A DNA stretch of 38,976 nucleotides from a virus (Duplodnaviria; Caudoviricetes). Both the position numbers and the translations under genes were made by a program. The notes under the pieces were generated by a model. That model had not been told where the DNA came from, made no database searches, and was given only the letters and a program-made list of their open reading frames with translations. Where the stretch lies: positions 1-38,976 of the IMG/VR virus record IMGVR_UViG_3300017565_000013; one strand, 5' to 3'. Shown here piece after piece: positions 27,562 to 35,193 of the stretch (position 1 is the stretch's first letter; each line of letters starts with the position of its first letter).

Positions 27562-28017
27562 ATGCAACACGACCCACTCAATTACCACGGTCACCGCTTC
27601 TCTTTCTTCGCCGCGTCCGAACTCGACCAGCACCCTCCCGAGCGCATCCCTCATCTCGCACTGGTCGACCAGGCCATGGTGCTAGGCCTCGACTCCAACG
27701 GCCTTGACCCGCTCGCACTCGAACGCATGCCCTCCGATCGCCTGCGCGAACTCATCGCCAGCGCTACGGGCAAGCCTGCGCCCGTCGTAACGCCGCTGCG
27801 CAAGCCCACGCCCGCCCCTCGCGCACCTCGACCGCTGCGCACCCTCGTTCCCGTGCACCGTCCGCCCCTGCACAAGGCGCAAATCTGGTGGCAAGGGCGC
27901 AGCTACCACCTCGGCTACTTCGAGAGCCTGCAGGCCCGCGCAGAGGCCGTAGCGAAGGCCCGCGCTCGCATCCTGTTCGGCCGCCACCCGCAGGACGTGG
28001 CCGGCGACCCCGCGTGA
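27562..28017 (+). CDS. Putative DNA-binding protein with C-terminal AP2-like domain (151 aa)
   Basis: AAAGGA RBS; HKAQIWWQGRSYHLGYFESLQARAEAV resembles the AP2 domain of phage HNH-AP2 proteins; no HNH motif seen. Confidence 0.65.
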   Translation: MQHDPLNYHGHRFSFFAASELDQHPPERIPHLALVDQAMVLGLDSNGLDPLALERMPSDRLRELIASATGKPAPVVTPLRKPTPAPRAPRPLRTLVPVHRPPLHKAQIWWQGRSYHLGYFESLQARAEAVAKARARILFGRHPQDVAGDPA

Positions 28018-28047
28018 TAATCTGACCCATTGGGCCGACGAACGGTC

Positions 28048-28076
28048 TTGCATATCCTGACCCAGTGGGTTACATT
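28048..28076 (+). promoter_or_regulatory. Sigma70 early promoter with palindrome in the spacer
   Basis: TTGCAT-17 nt-TACATT; ACCCAGTGGGT at 28060-28070; second site ACCCATTGGGC at 28025-28035. Confidence 0.8.
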
Positions 28077-28111
28077 AACTCATCGCAACGACAAACCCAC
28101 TGGAGCACGAA

Positions 28112-28423
28112 ATGAACACCACACAGCACACGCCGGGGCCGAAGACGACCCCCTGCACGCGGGAAAACCTGGCCCGCGACATCCAAGCCGCCGTATTGGC
28201 TCGCCGCCCAGACGCCGACCTCTTCGAGGTCGCCACCGATGCGAAAGCCAAAGGATGGCTCCTGATTCCCCATTACGGCATCGGGGAGCGGGAGCGCCGC
28301 GTGGACTTTTGGTCGGCCAAGACGCCCACCGGCGAAGTGTTCAGAGATGAACGCGGCGTTTCCTGCTTTGACTGGCCCGTCTTGGTCGCCGCCATCACCA
28401 AAGCCACCGGGAGCGCGTCATGA
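28112..28423 (+). CDS. Hypothetical early protein (103 aa)
   Basis: Repeat-borne GGAG RBS. Confidence 0.75.
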   Translation: MNTTQHTPGPKTTPCTRENLARDIQAAVLARRPDADLFEVATDAKAKGWLLIPHYGIGERERRVDFWSAKTPTGEVFRDERGVSCFDWPVLVAAITKATGSAS

Positions 28424-28462
28424 GCCCCCGCGCCGCCAAAGCTTGACCCACTGGAGAACGAA

Positions 28463-28675
28463 ATGACCAAGTCCGAACAACGCGAAGTCGCCCGCACCAT
28501 CGCAGCCCTGAGGTCCGGCCTGATCGACGCCGACGTCGCATCCCGCTACCTCGCTACCTTGTACCGCGCAGCCCGCAGCGAGCGCAGCCGCGACGGGGTC
28601 AAGGACGCGATCCGCGCGGCACGCCTGGCTTCGTTCATCATCGTCGAAGAACACGGTGTGTCGTTCACCATCTAA
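28463..28675 (+). CDS. Hypothetical early protein (70 aa)
   Basis: Repeat-borne GGAG RBS. Confidence 0.75.
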   Translation: MTKSEQREVARTIAALRSGLIDADVASRYLATLYRAARSERSRDGVKDAIRAARLASFIIVEEHGVSFTI

Positions 28676-28693
28676 CCCACTGGAGCACAGACC

Positions 28694-28831
28694 ATGAAGT
28701 ACGAAATCATCGCCTGCTGGGACGGAGAGCTGTTCGTCCACCACGCCAGCACCTTCGAGGAAGCCATGCAGTGGGCGCACGCCTACGCGGGCACGAAGAA
28801 CTGCAAAGCGCGCGTCTGGCGCGTCGCCTGA
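28694..28831 (+). CDS. Hypothetical early protein (45 aa, MKYEIIACWDG...)
   Basis: Read manually; repeat-borne RBS; GC-rich third codon positions. Confidence 0.7.
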   Translation: MKYEIIACWDGELFVHHASTFEEAMQWAHAYAGTKNCKARVWRVA

Positions 28832-28857
28832 CCCGTCAACCCACTGGAGCACAGACC

Positions 28858-28935
28858 ATGATCACCTTCACCACCTCTCAACTCAAAGCGGCGCCTACCG
28901 TGCGGCCCGTAACTATGTGGGGCTTTGAATCATGA
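28858..28935 (+). pseudogene. 25-aa ORF, probable truncated gene remnant (MITFTTSQLKAA...)
   Basis: Strong repeat-borne RBS, but a very short ORF that is ATGA-coupled to the next gene. Confidence 0.4.
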
Positions 28936-29384
28936 ACCCGTTTAAGCCTTCCCTGTCCCATATCCCGCAATACGTGGCGCCCGTGTTTGTCGACCCGCAA
29001 AAGCCGCCGAAAGCGAAGCGGCACAGTCCGCTGCCCAGCGTGGCCACTCTCGCGCGAGTGTTCGATGACCCGAAGCAAGCCCGCGCGATTCTCGAAATGA
29101 GCCGCGCGCAGCTAGTCGAAACCGAAGCCGGCGCGGCCCGCGTGCGTGAGTGCTACAACCCGCCGAGCACGGCTGATATTCGCTTGCACGTTCTCAATGC
29201 GTGCGATGCGGGCCTGCATGGTGTGGAAGCCATCGCCCTGCATGATGGCTGCGACTATGCGGATTACCTCAACACGGGCGATACCTGCGCGCCTACGCTG
29301 ATCCGCTATAAAGGGCGATACCGGGTGCAATCCGTCGGCGATTTTGTGGAAGTCCTGCAGCGCCGTGGCGTGCGGGTGGATTGA
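28932..29384 (+). CDS. Hypothetical early protein (150 aa)
   Basis: HGVEAI...YLNTGDTCAPTLI motif; in operon. Confidence 0.7.
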   Translation: MNPFKPSLSHIPQYVAPVFVDPQKPPKAKRHSPLPSVATLARVFDDPKQARAILEMSRAQLVETEAGAARVRECYNPPSTADIRLHVLNACDAGLHGVEAIALHDGCDYADYLNTGDTCAPTLIRYKGRYRVQSVGDFVEVLQRRGVRVD

Positions 29385-29394
29385 GGAGCACGGC

Positions 29395-29637
29395 ATGAGC
29401 GAACCTGTAATCATCACTGGCCGCCTGCACGTGACCGAGAGCCTCCGTAACAGCACCTTCGGTAATCCGCGGTATCGCGCCATCGTGGGGGCTCGTTCCG
29501 TCGTCACGTCCCCCAACAGCATGATCGCCTACGCGATCAACAACTACGAAGGCAAAGAGGTGCGGGTCACTGCGCGCATGCTGCGCGGTCGACTGAGTAT
29601 CGTGTCCATCGAACTTGTTGAGGAGCAATCAAAATGA
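29395..29637 (+). CDS. Hypothetical protein (80 aa)
   Basis: GAGGAG RBS; NSTFGNPRY motif. Confidence 0.7.
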   Translation: MSEPVIITGRLHVTESLRNSTFGNPRYRAIVGARSVVTSPNSMIAYAINNYEGKEVRVTARMLRGRLSIVSIELVEEQSK

Positions 29638-29885
29638 CCCACGACCCCTCCGACCTGCGCTTCACCGGCGCGCAGCTCCAACAGGCCGAGCGCCTGCTGT
29701 CCAAGTCCTCGGACCTGACCCTGCAGGCCGTGGAGCACTCGCACCGCCAAGCCCTGCGCTCCCCGGCGCCGAAGCTCGAAAGCACGCCCAGCGCTGGCGA
29801 GGACGCGCTGCTGGCCATCGGCCTGGTGCTCGCCGCGGCGGGCGTGGGCGTGATCATTGGGGCGCTGACGCGCTGGGTGTTCTGA
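29634..29885 (+). CDS. Hypothetical membrane protein (83 aa)
   Basis: GAGGAG RBS; C-terminal TM helix. Confidence 0.7.
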   Translation: MTHDPSDLRFTGAQLQQAERLLSKSSDLTLQAVEHSHRQALRSPAPKLESTPSAGEDALLAIGLVLAAAGVGVIIGALTRWVF

Positions 29886-30160
29886 TGTACGCCACCAGTA
29901 CCGACGCCGAGCTGACCCGCGCGGCCAGCTTCCAGCAGAACCCGGCGATCCGTCGCCTGGCCGATCGCCTGCAGGACCGCAACCTGATCGCCCAACGCTG
30001 CAGCAAGGTCGCCGCAGAGCTGGCCCACATGCTCAGCATGGTTGACCATCCCAACGGGCTGAGCGATGCTGTGCGCCTGCGTGCGATCGACCAGGCCAGA
30101 GACCTCGCGCGACATCTCGACTGGACGCACCACGTGCCCCACTATTCAACGGAGGAATGA
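29885..30160 (+). CDS. Hypothetical protein (91 aa, MYATSTD...)
   Basis: TGATG coupling with the upstream gene. Confidence 0.65.
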   Translation: MYATSTDAELTRAASFQQNPAIRRLADRLQDRNLIAQRCSKVAAELAHMLSMVDHPNGLSDAVRLRAIDQARDLARHLDWTHHVPHYSTEE

Positions 30161-30164
30161 CACC

Positions 30165-30389
30165 ATGCCTGCTCCTAAAACTTGCGACAAGTGCAATCAC
30201 TACTCAGCCCCCAAGCGATGGGACTCCGAATACGAGGGCTCGTGCGACATGATGGGCGACTCGAACAGCGCGCCGCCGATGGAGGATCGCGCGAACGGTT
30301 GGGATTACGAAAGCTATCGCGCGGGCGTCTACGTCGGCCCCAAGTTCGGGTGCATCCACTGGGAAAAGATCGCGAAGGTGACACCATGA
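30165..30389 (+). CDS. Hypothetical Cys-rich protein (74 aa)
   Basis: GGAGG RBS; TCDKC...C...GPKFGCIHW. Confidence 0.7.
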   Translation: MPAPKTCDKCNHYSAPKRWDSEYEGSCDMMGDSNSAPPMEDRANGWDYESYRAGVYVGPKFGCIHWEKIAKVTP

Positions 30390-30604
30390 CCCGCTACCCG
30401 ATGGCCAACAAGGTCAAGATCCCGCGCCCCTACGTGCCCGCTGTGGCAACCGACATTCGCAAGACCATCAAAGCCGAGAAGCGCCGACTCGCGCAACAGG
30501 CCGTGCCCGCTGTGGCAACCGACATCCGCAAGACCATCAAGGCCGAGCAGCGCCGACTCGCGCAACAGGAGGCCCGGATGATTCACGCTGTGATGGAGGG
30601 TTGA
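30386..30604 (+). CDS. Hypothetical protein with internal 23-aa tandem duplication (72 aa)
   Basis: VPAVATDIRKTIKAE(K/Q)RRLAQQ occurs twice. Confidence 0.7.
   Translation: MTRYPMANKVKIPRPYVPAVATDIRKTIKAEKRRLAQQAVPAVATDIRKTIKAEQRRLAQQEARMIHAVMEG
30433..30570. repeat. 69-bp tandem duplication
   Basis: 30433-30501 vs 30502-30570, four differences. Confidence 0.92.
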
Positions 30605-30606
30605 CC

Positions 30607-30867
30607 ATGCCGCTGTCGAAACACGTCAACACCTTACGCCGCGCCCTTGTCCGCGAGATCGGCGACGCCTATTCTATGGCTAACCTGGCAACGGTAGACC
30701 CTGCACGGTTCAAACCCGGCGCAGCTCGCATGCATTCACGTCGGGCACGAGAGGCCGAGCGCGCGCTAATGACCCTGCAGGTCGAATACCCCAGTCGCCA
30801 GCCCTACGCGATTGCCCACTGGCCCGGCGACTTCGACGGTCCTCACAGTGTCGCAACGATTCGATAA
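30607..30867 (+). CDS. Hypothetical protein (86 aa)
   Basis: GGAGG RBS. Confidence 0.65.
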   Translation: MPLSKHVNTLRRALVREIGDAYSMANLATVDPARFKPGAARMHSRRAREAERALMTLQVEYPSRQPYAIAHWPGDFDGPHSVATIR

Positions 30868-31057
30868 ACGCGGTCGTCTGGTTTGCTGGTGCGGCGGATA
30901 CCACTTCCCCCACCGGCGCACTGGCGGCGCGTGCCATCATGGGTCACGCGCCGACTACTACCACGCCTTGCGCGCAGGCATGCCGCTCGATGAGTGCATG
31001 CAGCTCCTGAGTGCCGCTGATCTGCGGCGGATTTTTCCTATTGATGGTGACATATGA
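30848..31057 (+). CDS. Small putative zinc-binding protein (CxC..YxFPHR...C)
   Basis: CWCGGYHFPHRRTGGACHH; start uncertain. Confidence 0.65.
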   Translation: MSQRFDKRGRLVCWCGGYHFPHRRTGGACHHGSRADYYHALRAGMPLDECMQLLSAADLRRIFPIDGDI

Positions 31058-31335
31058 GATGTAAACCTGGCCAACGTGCCATCGTCACGCGCACCCTCGG
31101 CGTCCCTGAGATGGTGGCCTATCTCGGTATGTGTGTCCGAGTGCTGAGGATTACCGGATCGAGCACTTTCGGCCCCATGTGGGAGATTGAACCGGGTCCA
31201 CGCCATCCTATAGGTGCACCCGGTCATTGGATGAAAGGCGACCCGATCGAGATGCTGGCCGATGAGATATTGACGCCGATACCCGATGATTCACTTCCCG
31301 AAGAAACCAAACTCACAGAATTGGAGCACTCATGA
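31054..31335 (+). CDS. Hypothetical protein (93 aa)
   Basis: MRCKPG..A...L.PI pattern; ATGA overlaps. Confidence 0.7.
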   Translation: MRCKPGQRAIVTRTLGVPEMVAYLGMCVRVLRITGSSTFGPMWEIEPGPRHPIGAPGHWMKGDPIEMLADEILTPIPDDSLPEETKLTELEHS

Positions 31336-31631
31336 CACCCGATGAGATCAAAGCATGGCGCGTGAGCCTACGACTCGGTGAAGCCGGCATGGCCGCGTAT
31401 CTCGGCGTGCCGGCAACAACCCTGCGCAAGTGGGAATCTGGTGCCCGCCAGCTCGACGCCGCTCCCCGTCGTCTGCTGGACGTGCTGCGTCGAGTGCAGG
31501 AGGGAGCGCCTGACCTTCACGCGGAGCTGATCGCCGATGCCTTCGGCGCCGACGCGGTGAAGCGTCCGCGTGGCCGCCCGTCGAAGGAGAAGGCACCATC
31601 CCTTCCGGATTGGATGCGAACGCCTCACTAG
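31332..31631 (+). CDS. XRE-family HTH regulator with AT-hook
   Basis: EIKAWRVSLRL...MAAYLGVPATTLRKWESGAR; KRPRGRPSK. Confidence 0.85.
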   Translation: MTPDEIKAWRVSLRLGEAGMAAYLGVPATTLRKWESGARQLDAAPRRLLDVLRRVQEGAPDLHAELIADAFGADAVKRPRGRPSKEKAPSLPDWMRTPH

Positions 31632-31658
31632 CACCCATAGGGCCTGCGCCCTACCCTT

Positions 31659-31700
31659 AAAAGAAACCCCAGCCGGACCTAAATCCGCTGGGGTCTTTTC
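31659..31700. terminator. Bidirectional intrinsic terminator
   Basis: A-rich tract, ACCCCAGC...GCTGGGGT stem, T tract; between convergent operons. Confidence 0.8.
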
Positions 31701-31726
31701 ATTGGGGATCGATGATCCCCACCCTC

Positions 31727-32005
31727 TCATGCAGGCTGAAGATTTCGAGATTCCATTGCACTGGATCGCTGCTCGTCTCTCAGCCTCGACCGGTACGCGT
31801 AGACGTGGTTGACCGAAATGCTGTAGTGGCTGGCCACCTGGGTCGCTTTGCCTGGGTGTGATGCGACGTCGCGCCAGTCGAACGCGCGCTCCTCGATGAC
31901 TACCTCATGGGTCGAGAACTTGTGGAGGTTGAAGCACTCACGACGGCGGCGCGAGTCGCGCGTCTCCTTCACCACCGTGTGAGCGCCGCAGATGGGGCAC
32001 ATCAT
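31727..32005 (-). CDS. Zinc-ribbon protein (NrdR N-terminus-like) with possible HTH
   Basis: CPICG...VKETRDSRRRRECFNLHKFSTHE. Confidence 0.75.
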   Translation of the reverse strand: MMCPICGAHTVVKETRDSRRRRECFNLHKFSTHEVVIEERAFDWRDVASHPGKATQVASHYSISVNHVYAYRSRLRDEQRSSAMESRNLQPA

Positions 32006-32265
32006 TTCTCGCGCTCCTTGAGCATGGCGTCGGCGATGGTGTATGACACCATCGCCACATATTCACTCGCGGAGTAGTCTATATCTGGGTTGGTCAGCAT
32101 TCCCTGCATCGCTTTCGCGGCGAAGTAGTCCCGCATGCTCATGCCGGGATCGGCCTCGTGGACCACGTGTCCACCTCTGCTGTCCTGGTGGACAACCCTC
32201 ACCCCCACCGGGAACGCCGGGCCTCCGTCGTCCTTGTTGCTCGGTTCGTACATTTCGATCTCCAT
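32002..32265 (-). CDS. Conserved phage hypothetical protein (87 aa)
   Basis: GGPAFP...GMSMRDYFAAKAMQG...ADAMLKER; AGGAG RBS. Confidence 0.8.
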   Translation of the reverse strand: MEIEMYEPSNKDDGGPAFPVGVRVVHQDSRGGHVVHEADPGMSMRDYFAAKAMQGMLTNPDIDYSASEYVAMVSYTIADAMLKEREK

Positions 32266-32266
32266 T

Positions 32267-34762
32267 TCAATCTCCTGTCGTTCCAGTGCGCTCGTACCCG
32301 TGCACCGTGGGTTTCTCTTTGGTCGAGAGTCGGTAAATGTTGTCCATCTGACGCTGCTTTGCCGCAATAACTTCCGCTCGGTGATGCGAGAACATCTCGC
32401 GCAGCGCCGGGTTGATGGCCCACTGCGCGCGACCTCGGTTGATCTCGGAACCGTCGTCCATGCGCGCCACCCAACCCGCCTTCTCCAGCGGGTGCATCGA
32501 GCCCAGGATCATCTCAGTGGCGGTCCACTGGTTCACCTTGTCGAGGCGGCGCCGCGCGCTGCTCTTGATCTCGGCGAGCGATATCTCCGTCGCGTCAGCG
32601 TGCTGGATAATGTGATCAGCCATCCACTGATCGAACCCGCTCACACCGCCCAGGTCCGAGTCGTAGGTGTAGCGCATCGCCGGGACGATGAAGCTGCGGA
32701 TCAGATCGGCGCATCGGCGCATCACGTCTCCGCTCACGTGCAGCGAATAGGGGTTTTCCATCACGTGCCAGATCAGCGCCAGCCGACCCAGCATGCCTTC
32801 GAGCTTGCCGAACGCGGTGAGGAACACCGGACCGCTTCGCAGCAGTCGCTCATCCTTGCGCTGGGTCTCGTACCAGTCTTGAAATCGGTCGAACTCTGCC
32901 GCCGCCTCTGGCGACAGCGCGTAGGTCATGGCGGGAAGACCGAAGACGACTCGCACCATCTGCTCGAACTCGGCGATGTTGGTCAGCGCCTCGGGAATCG
33001 GCGAGCCCTTGCGGGTATGGCCATGGCGCAGAACGATGGGAATGAAGCGCTGCAGCAGGCCATCGCTGGACATGGACTTCACCACGTCGGAGAACACGTG
33101 CGGCTGAATGTTGCCGTAGATCGACACGGCGTAGTTGTCCGCGCTGATCGTGCCGGCCCCCACCCGATCCATCTCATAGCGCTCGGACTCATACGCCTGC
33201 GTCCACGCGCTGCGCGCCTCGCCGCTTCGCGGATCGGTGACCTTCTCGGCCCACGAGTGCATCTCATCAAGATGACACAGCAGGCCGCGCGGCTGGTCGG
33301 CAGCGTGGCGCACGAGCTTCTGCGAGGTGATGTCCTGCACCACGATCTTGAGCGGTCGCGGCTCGACTGGCGCATCACCGTACCCTTCCGGCATCTCACC
33401 TGCGAGCATCTGCTCGGGGTCCTTGGCTGCGTCAAGGAACGCCTTCTTTGCGGCCTCGTGGCGGGCCTGCAGCGCCTCAAATACCTGCAGCGCCTGGCGG
33501 TATCGGGGCCTGTCTTCTTCCTCCAGCTTGTTGAGCACGGAGAACATGGGGCGCGAGCCGGGCGACTTCTTGTCAGCCGGATCGCCGATGGTCATCACCC
33601 ACAGCACCGGGGGCACCTTGAACCCGGGCTTGAGCTGCAGCCTGGTGCGTGCGTCCAGCGCGCCGGAGACGGTTGCCAGGCCTGCGAACAGGGGGACCAT
33701 AGGGTCACACCCCACCCCGCGCGCGATCTCGTCAGCGCGGCGGCGCAGGATGGCTGGAACGAGGTCCAGGTCAAGCTCGGGCGGCGGGGGGCGCAGCTCG
33801 TTGGTGAGCTGCACCGGCTCGGTGATCTCGCTGGCGGCTGTGAAGAAGCTCGAAGCGTCGGGAACCGGCCGGCTCCAGCCGTTCTCGCTGGCCATGCGGT
33901 AGAGCGAGCCGATGCGCACCTTGGTACTCTTGTCGCTGCGAAAGCTGCGCCACTGGGTCGCCATGTCGCGCGAACCAGGGTACTTGCCCGACTCCTGGCT
34001 CCACTGGTCCCATAGCTGCGCGGCGTAGGTCTCCTGCCCCGTCTCCGTTCCGAGGTGGTGCAGTGCCATGCCGACCTTCACCCACTCCTCGCGCGAGACG
34101 TCGGGGCTGATGTAGGCCAGCGCGCTGCGGATCTCTTCCCAGTCAGCCGTGGAGGGTACATCGGCCTGCTGCGGCTCCTGACGCTCCATGGATGCCACCC
34201 AGAAGGCAAGCAGTGACTGAGGGATCTGAGGCAGGCGCGTCCAGTGTCCCATACCGGCCCAGCGGTACGGCTGCAGCGTGTCCGGGTGGATCGACGGGGG
34301 CAGCACGTCCTGCACGGTCAGCGCCTCGTGGGTCGAGCAGCGCAGATCGAGGTAGTTGTACCGCTTGCCCGATGGGTCGCTGTCCATGAACTTCTTCGAC
34401 GGCAGCGCCATGCCGAAGGGCATCGCGTACAGCAGCTTTCCGTGACCCTGACGACCTGAGTCCACGACCACGGCGTCTGGCGCATCGTAGAGGCCCTGAA
34501 GGTCGATCCCGCGCATCGCCAGCTCGGCCGCTGCACGGTCCCACACGTCCACGTCGACAGCCATGGTTCCGCTGTAGGCGTGCGCCAAACCAATCCCCCA
34601 CCCAGGGGGAAGATCAGCGGAAGACCTCAGGACCGAGCCTCGTTGGTTCCATCCCCTTGCGGCTGGCCCCTTCGTGCCCGGTGGGATTGGGACAAGTTGC
34701 CATCCGTGTCTGATGTAGGCGTCAACGGATGCGGGGTGTTGCGTCACTTGCGAAAATGTCAT
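32267..34762 (-). CDS. Primase: Prim-Pol + PriCT-2 + DUF3987 helicase-like domain
   Basis: LVPIPPGTKGP...GIGL...AVDVD; SREEWVKVGMALH...WDQWS; GDPADKKSP, LDE, DGLLQRF. Confidence 0.88.
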   Translation of the reverse strand: MTFSQVTQHPASVDAYIRHGWQLVPIPPGTKGPAARGWNQRGSVLRSSADLPPGWGIGLAHAYSGTMAVDVDVWDRAAAELAMRGIDLQGLYDAPDAVVVDSGRQGHGKLLYAMPFGMALPSKKFMDSDPSGKRYNYLDLRCSTHEALTVQDVLPPSIHPDTLQPYRWAGMGHWTRLPQIPQSLLAFWVASMERQEPQQADVPSTADWEEIRSALAYISPDVSREEWVKVGMALHHLGTETGQETYAAQLWDQWSQESGKYPGSRDMATQWRSFRSDKSTKVRIGSLYRMASENGWSRPVPDASSFFTAASEITEPVQLTNELRPPPPELDLDLVPAILRRRADEIARGVGCDPMVPLFAGLATVSGALDARTRLQLKPGFKVPPVLWVMTIGDPADKKSPGSRPMFSVLNKLEEEDRPRYRQALQVFEALQARHEAAKKAFLDAAKDPEQMLAGEMPEGYGDAPVEPRPLKIVVQDITSQKLVRHAADQPRGLLCHLDEMHSWAEKVTDPRSGEARSAWTQAYESERYEMDRVGAGTISADNYAVSIYGNIQPHVFSDVVKSMSSDGLLQRFIPIVLRHGHTRKGSPIPEALTNIAEFEQMVRVVFGLPAMTYALSPEAAAEFDRFQDWYETQRKDERLLRSGPVFLTAFGKLEGMLGRLALIWHVMENPYSLHVSGDVMRRCADLIRSFIVPAMRYTYDSDLGGVSGFDQWMADHIIQHADATEISLAEIKSSARRRLDKVNQWTATEMILGSMHPLEKAGWVARMDDGSEINRGRAQWAINPALREMFSHHRAEVIAAKQRQMDNIYRLSTKEKPTVHGYERTGTTGD

Positions 34763-34816
34763 ACAGCGGGGCGTCTTCGTTGTCTGTCGTTGTCTCCATG
34801 GGTTGGGTAACCACCC

Positions 34817-35107
34817 TTAGCCCCGGGTCGAAAGGTCCGGGGCTTTTTCTTTGGAACTTTCGATCATCGACTGTCGGAAAGCGTGACCAACCCCGTGGTT
34901 CAATTGATGTAGTCCGTGTTCTCCAAGCTCCATCATGTCGGCAACAGACAGCCGCATTTCGTCCCACTGGCCATGACACGCGACTCTAAGTACGCGATCC
35001 CCGGTACTGAGGTCGTCATGTGTCTCCATGTACTCAACAGGTTTCCGACACACGTCGCAGACGACAGTGGGGAAAGCAATCATGTGGCTCATCAGCGGGA
35101 TGTTCAT
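34817..35107 (-). CDS. Hypothetical protein (96 aa, CxxC...CH)
   Basis: First ORF of the leftward primase operon. Confidence 0.6.
   Translation of the reverse strand: MNIPLMSHMIAFPTVVCDVCRKPVEYMETHDDLSTGDRVLRVACHGQWDEMRLSVADMMELGEHGLHQLNHGVGHAFRQSMIESSKEKAPDLSTRG
34819..34852 (+). terminator. Terminator-like GNRA hairpin oriented on the + strand
   Basis: AGCCCCGGGTC-GAAA-GGTCCGGGGCT followed by TTTTCTTT. Confidence 0.55.
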
Positions 35108-35137
35108 AAATTTTCCACAGTTCGTTCAACAAAGTGC

Positions 35138-35171
35138 TTGCAGTGTGCCACAAGTTCGTGCTACAGTGCAA
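35138..35171. promoter_or_regulatory. Overlapping divergent promoters forming an imperfect 34-bp palindrome
   Basis: Plus: TTGCAG-18 nt-TACAGT; minus: TTGCAC-18 nt-CACACT; both with extended TG. Confidence 0.65.
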
Positions 35172-35193
35172 TCACTTTCTGAGGTACCACCCA

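Larger units (their letters stand above)
28095..28861 (+). repeat. Four start-associated repeats ACCCACTGGAG
   Basis: At 28095, 28446, 28675 and 28839, each 6-8 nt before an ATG; 24-bp identity between 28674-28697 and 28838-28861. Confidence 0.92.

Noticed and set aside
26976-28861. CRISPR or mini-CRISPR array
   Set aside because: Repeats are only 9-24 bp, irregularly spaced, and separate protein-coding ORFs; the Cas4-like gene belongs to a standard phage replication cassette
31332-31631. CI-type lysogeny repressor or toxin-antitoxin antitoxin
   Set aside because: No S24 peptidase domain, divergent cro, integrase, partition genes or recognisable toxin neighbour
32135-34015. 626-aa + strand ORF
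   Set aside because: Antisense shadow of the primase gene in GC-rich DNA; no recognisable motifs or RBS
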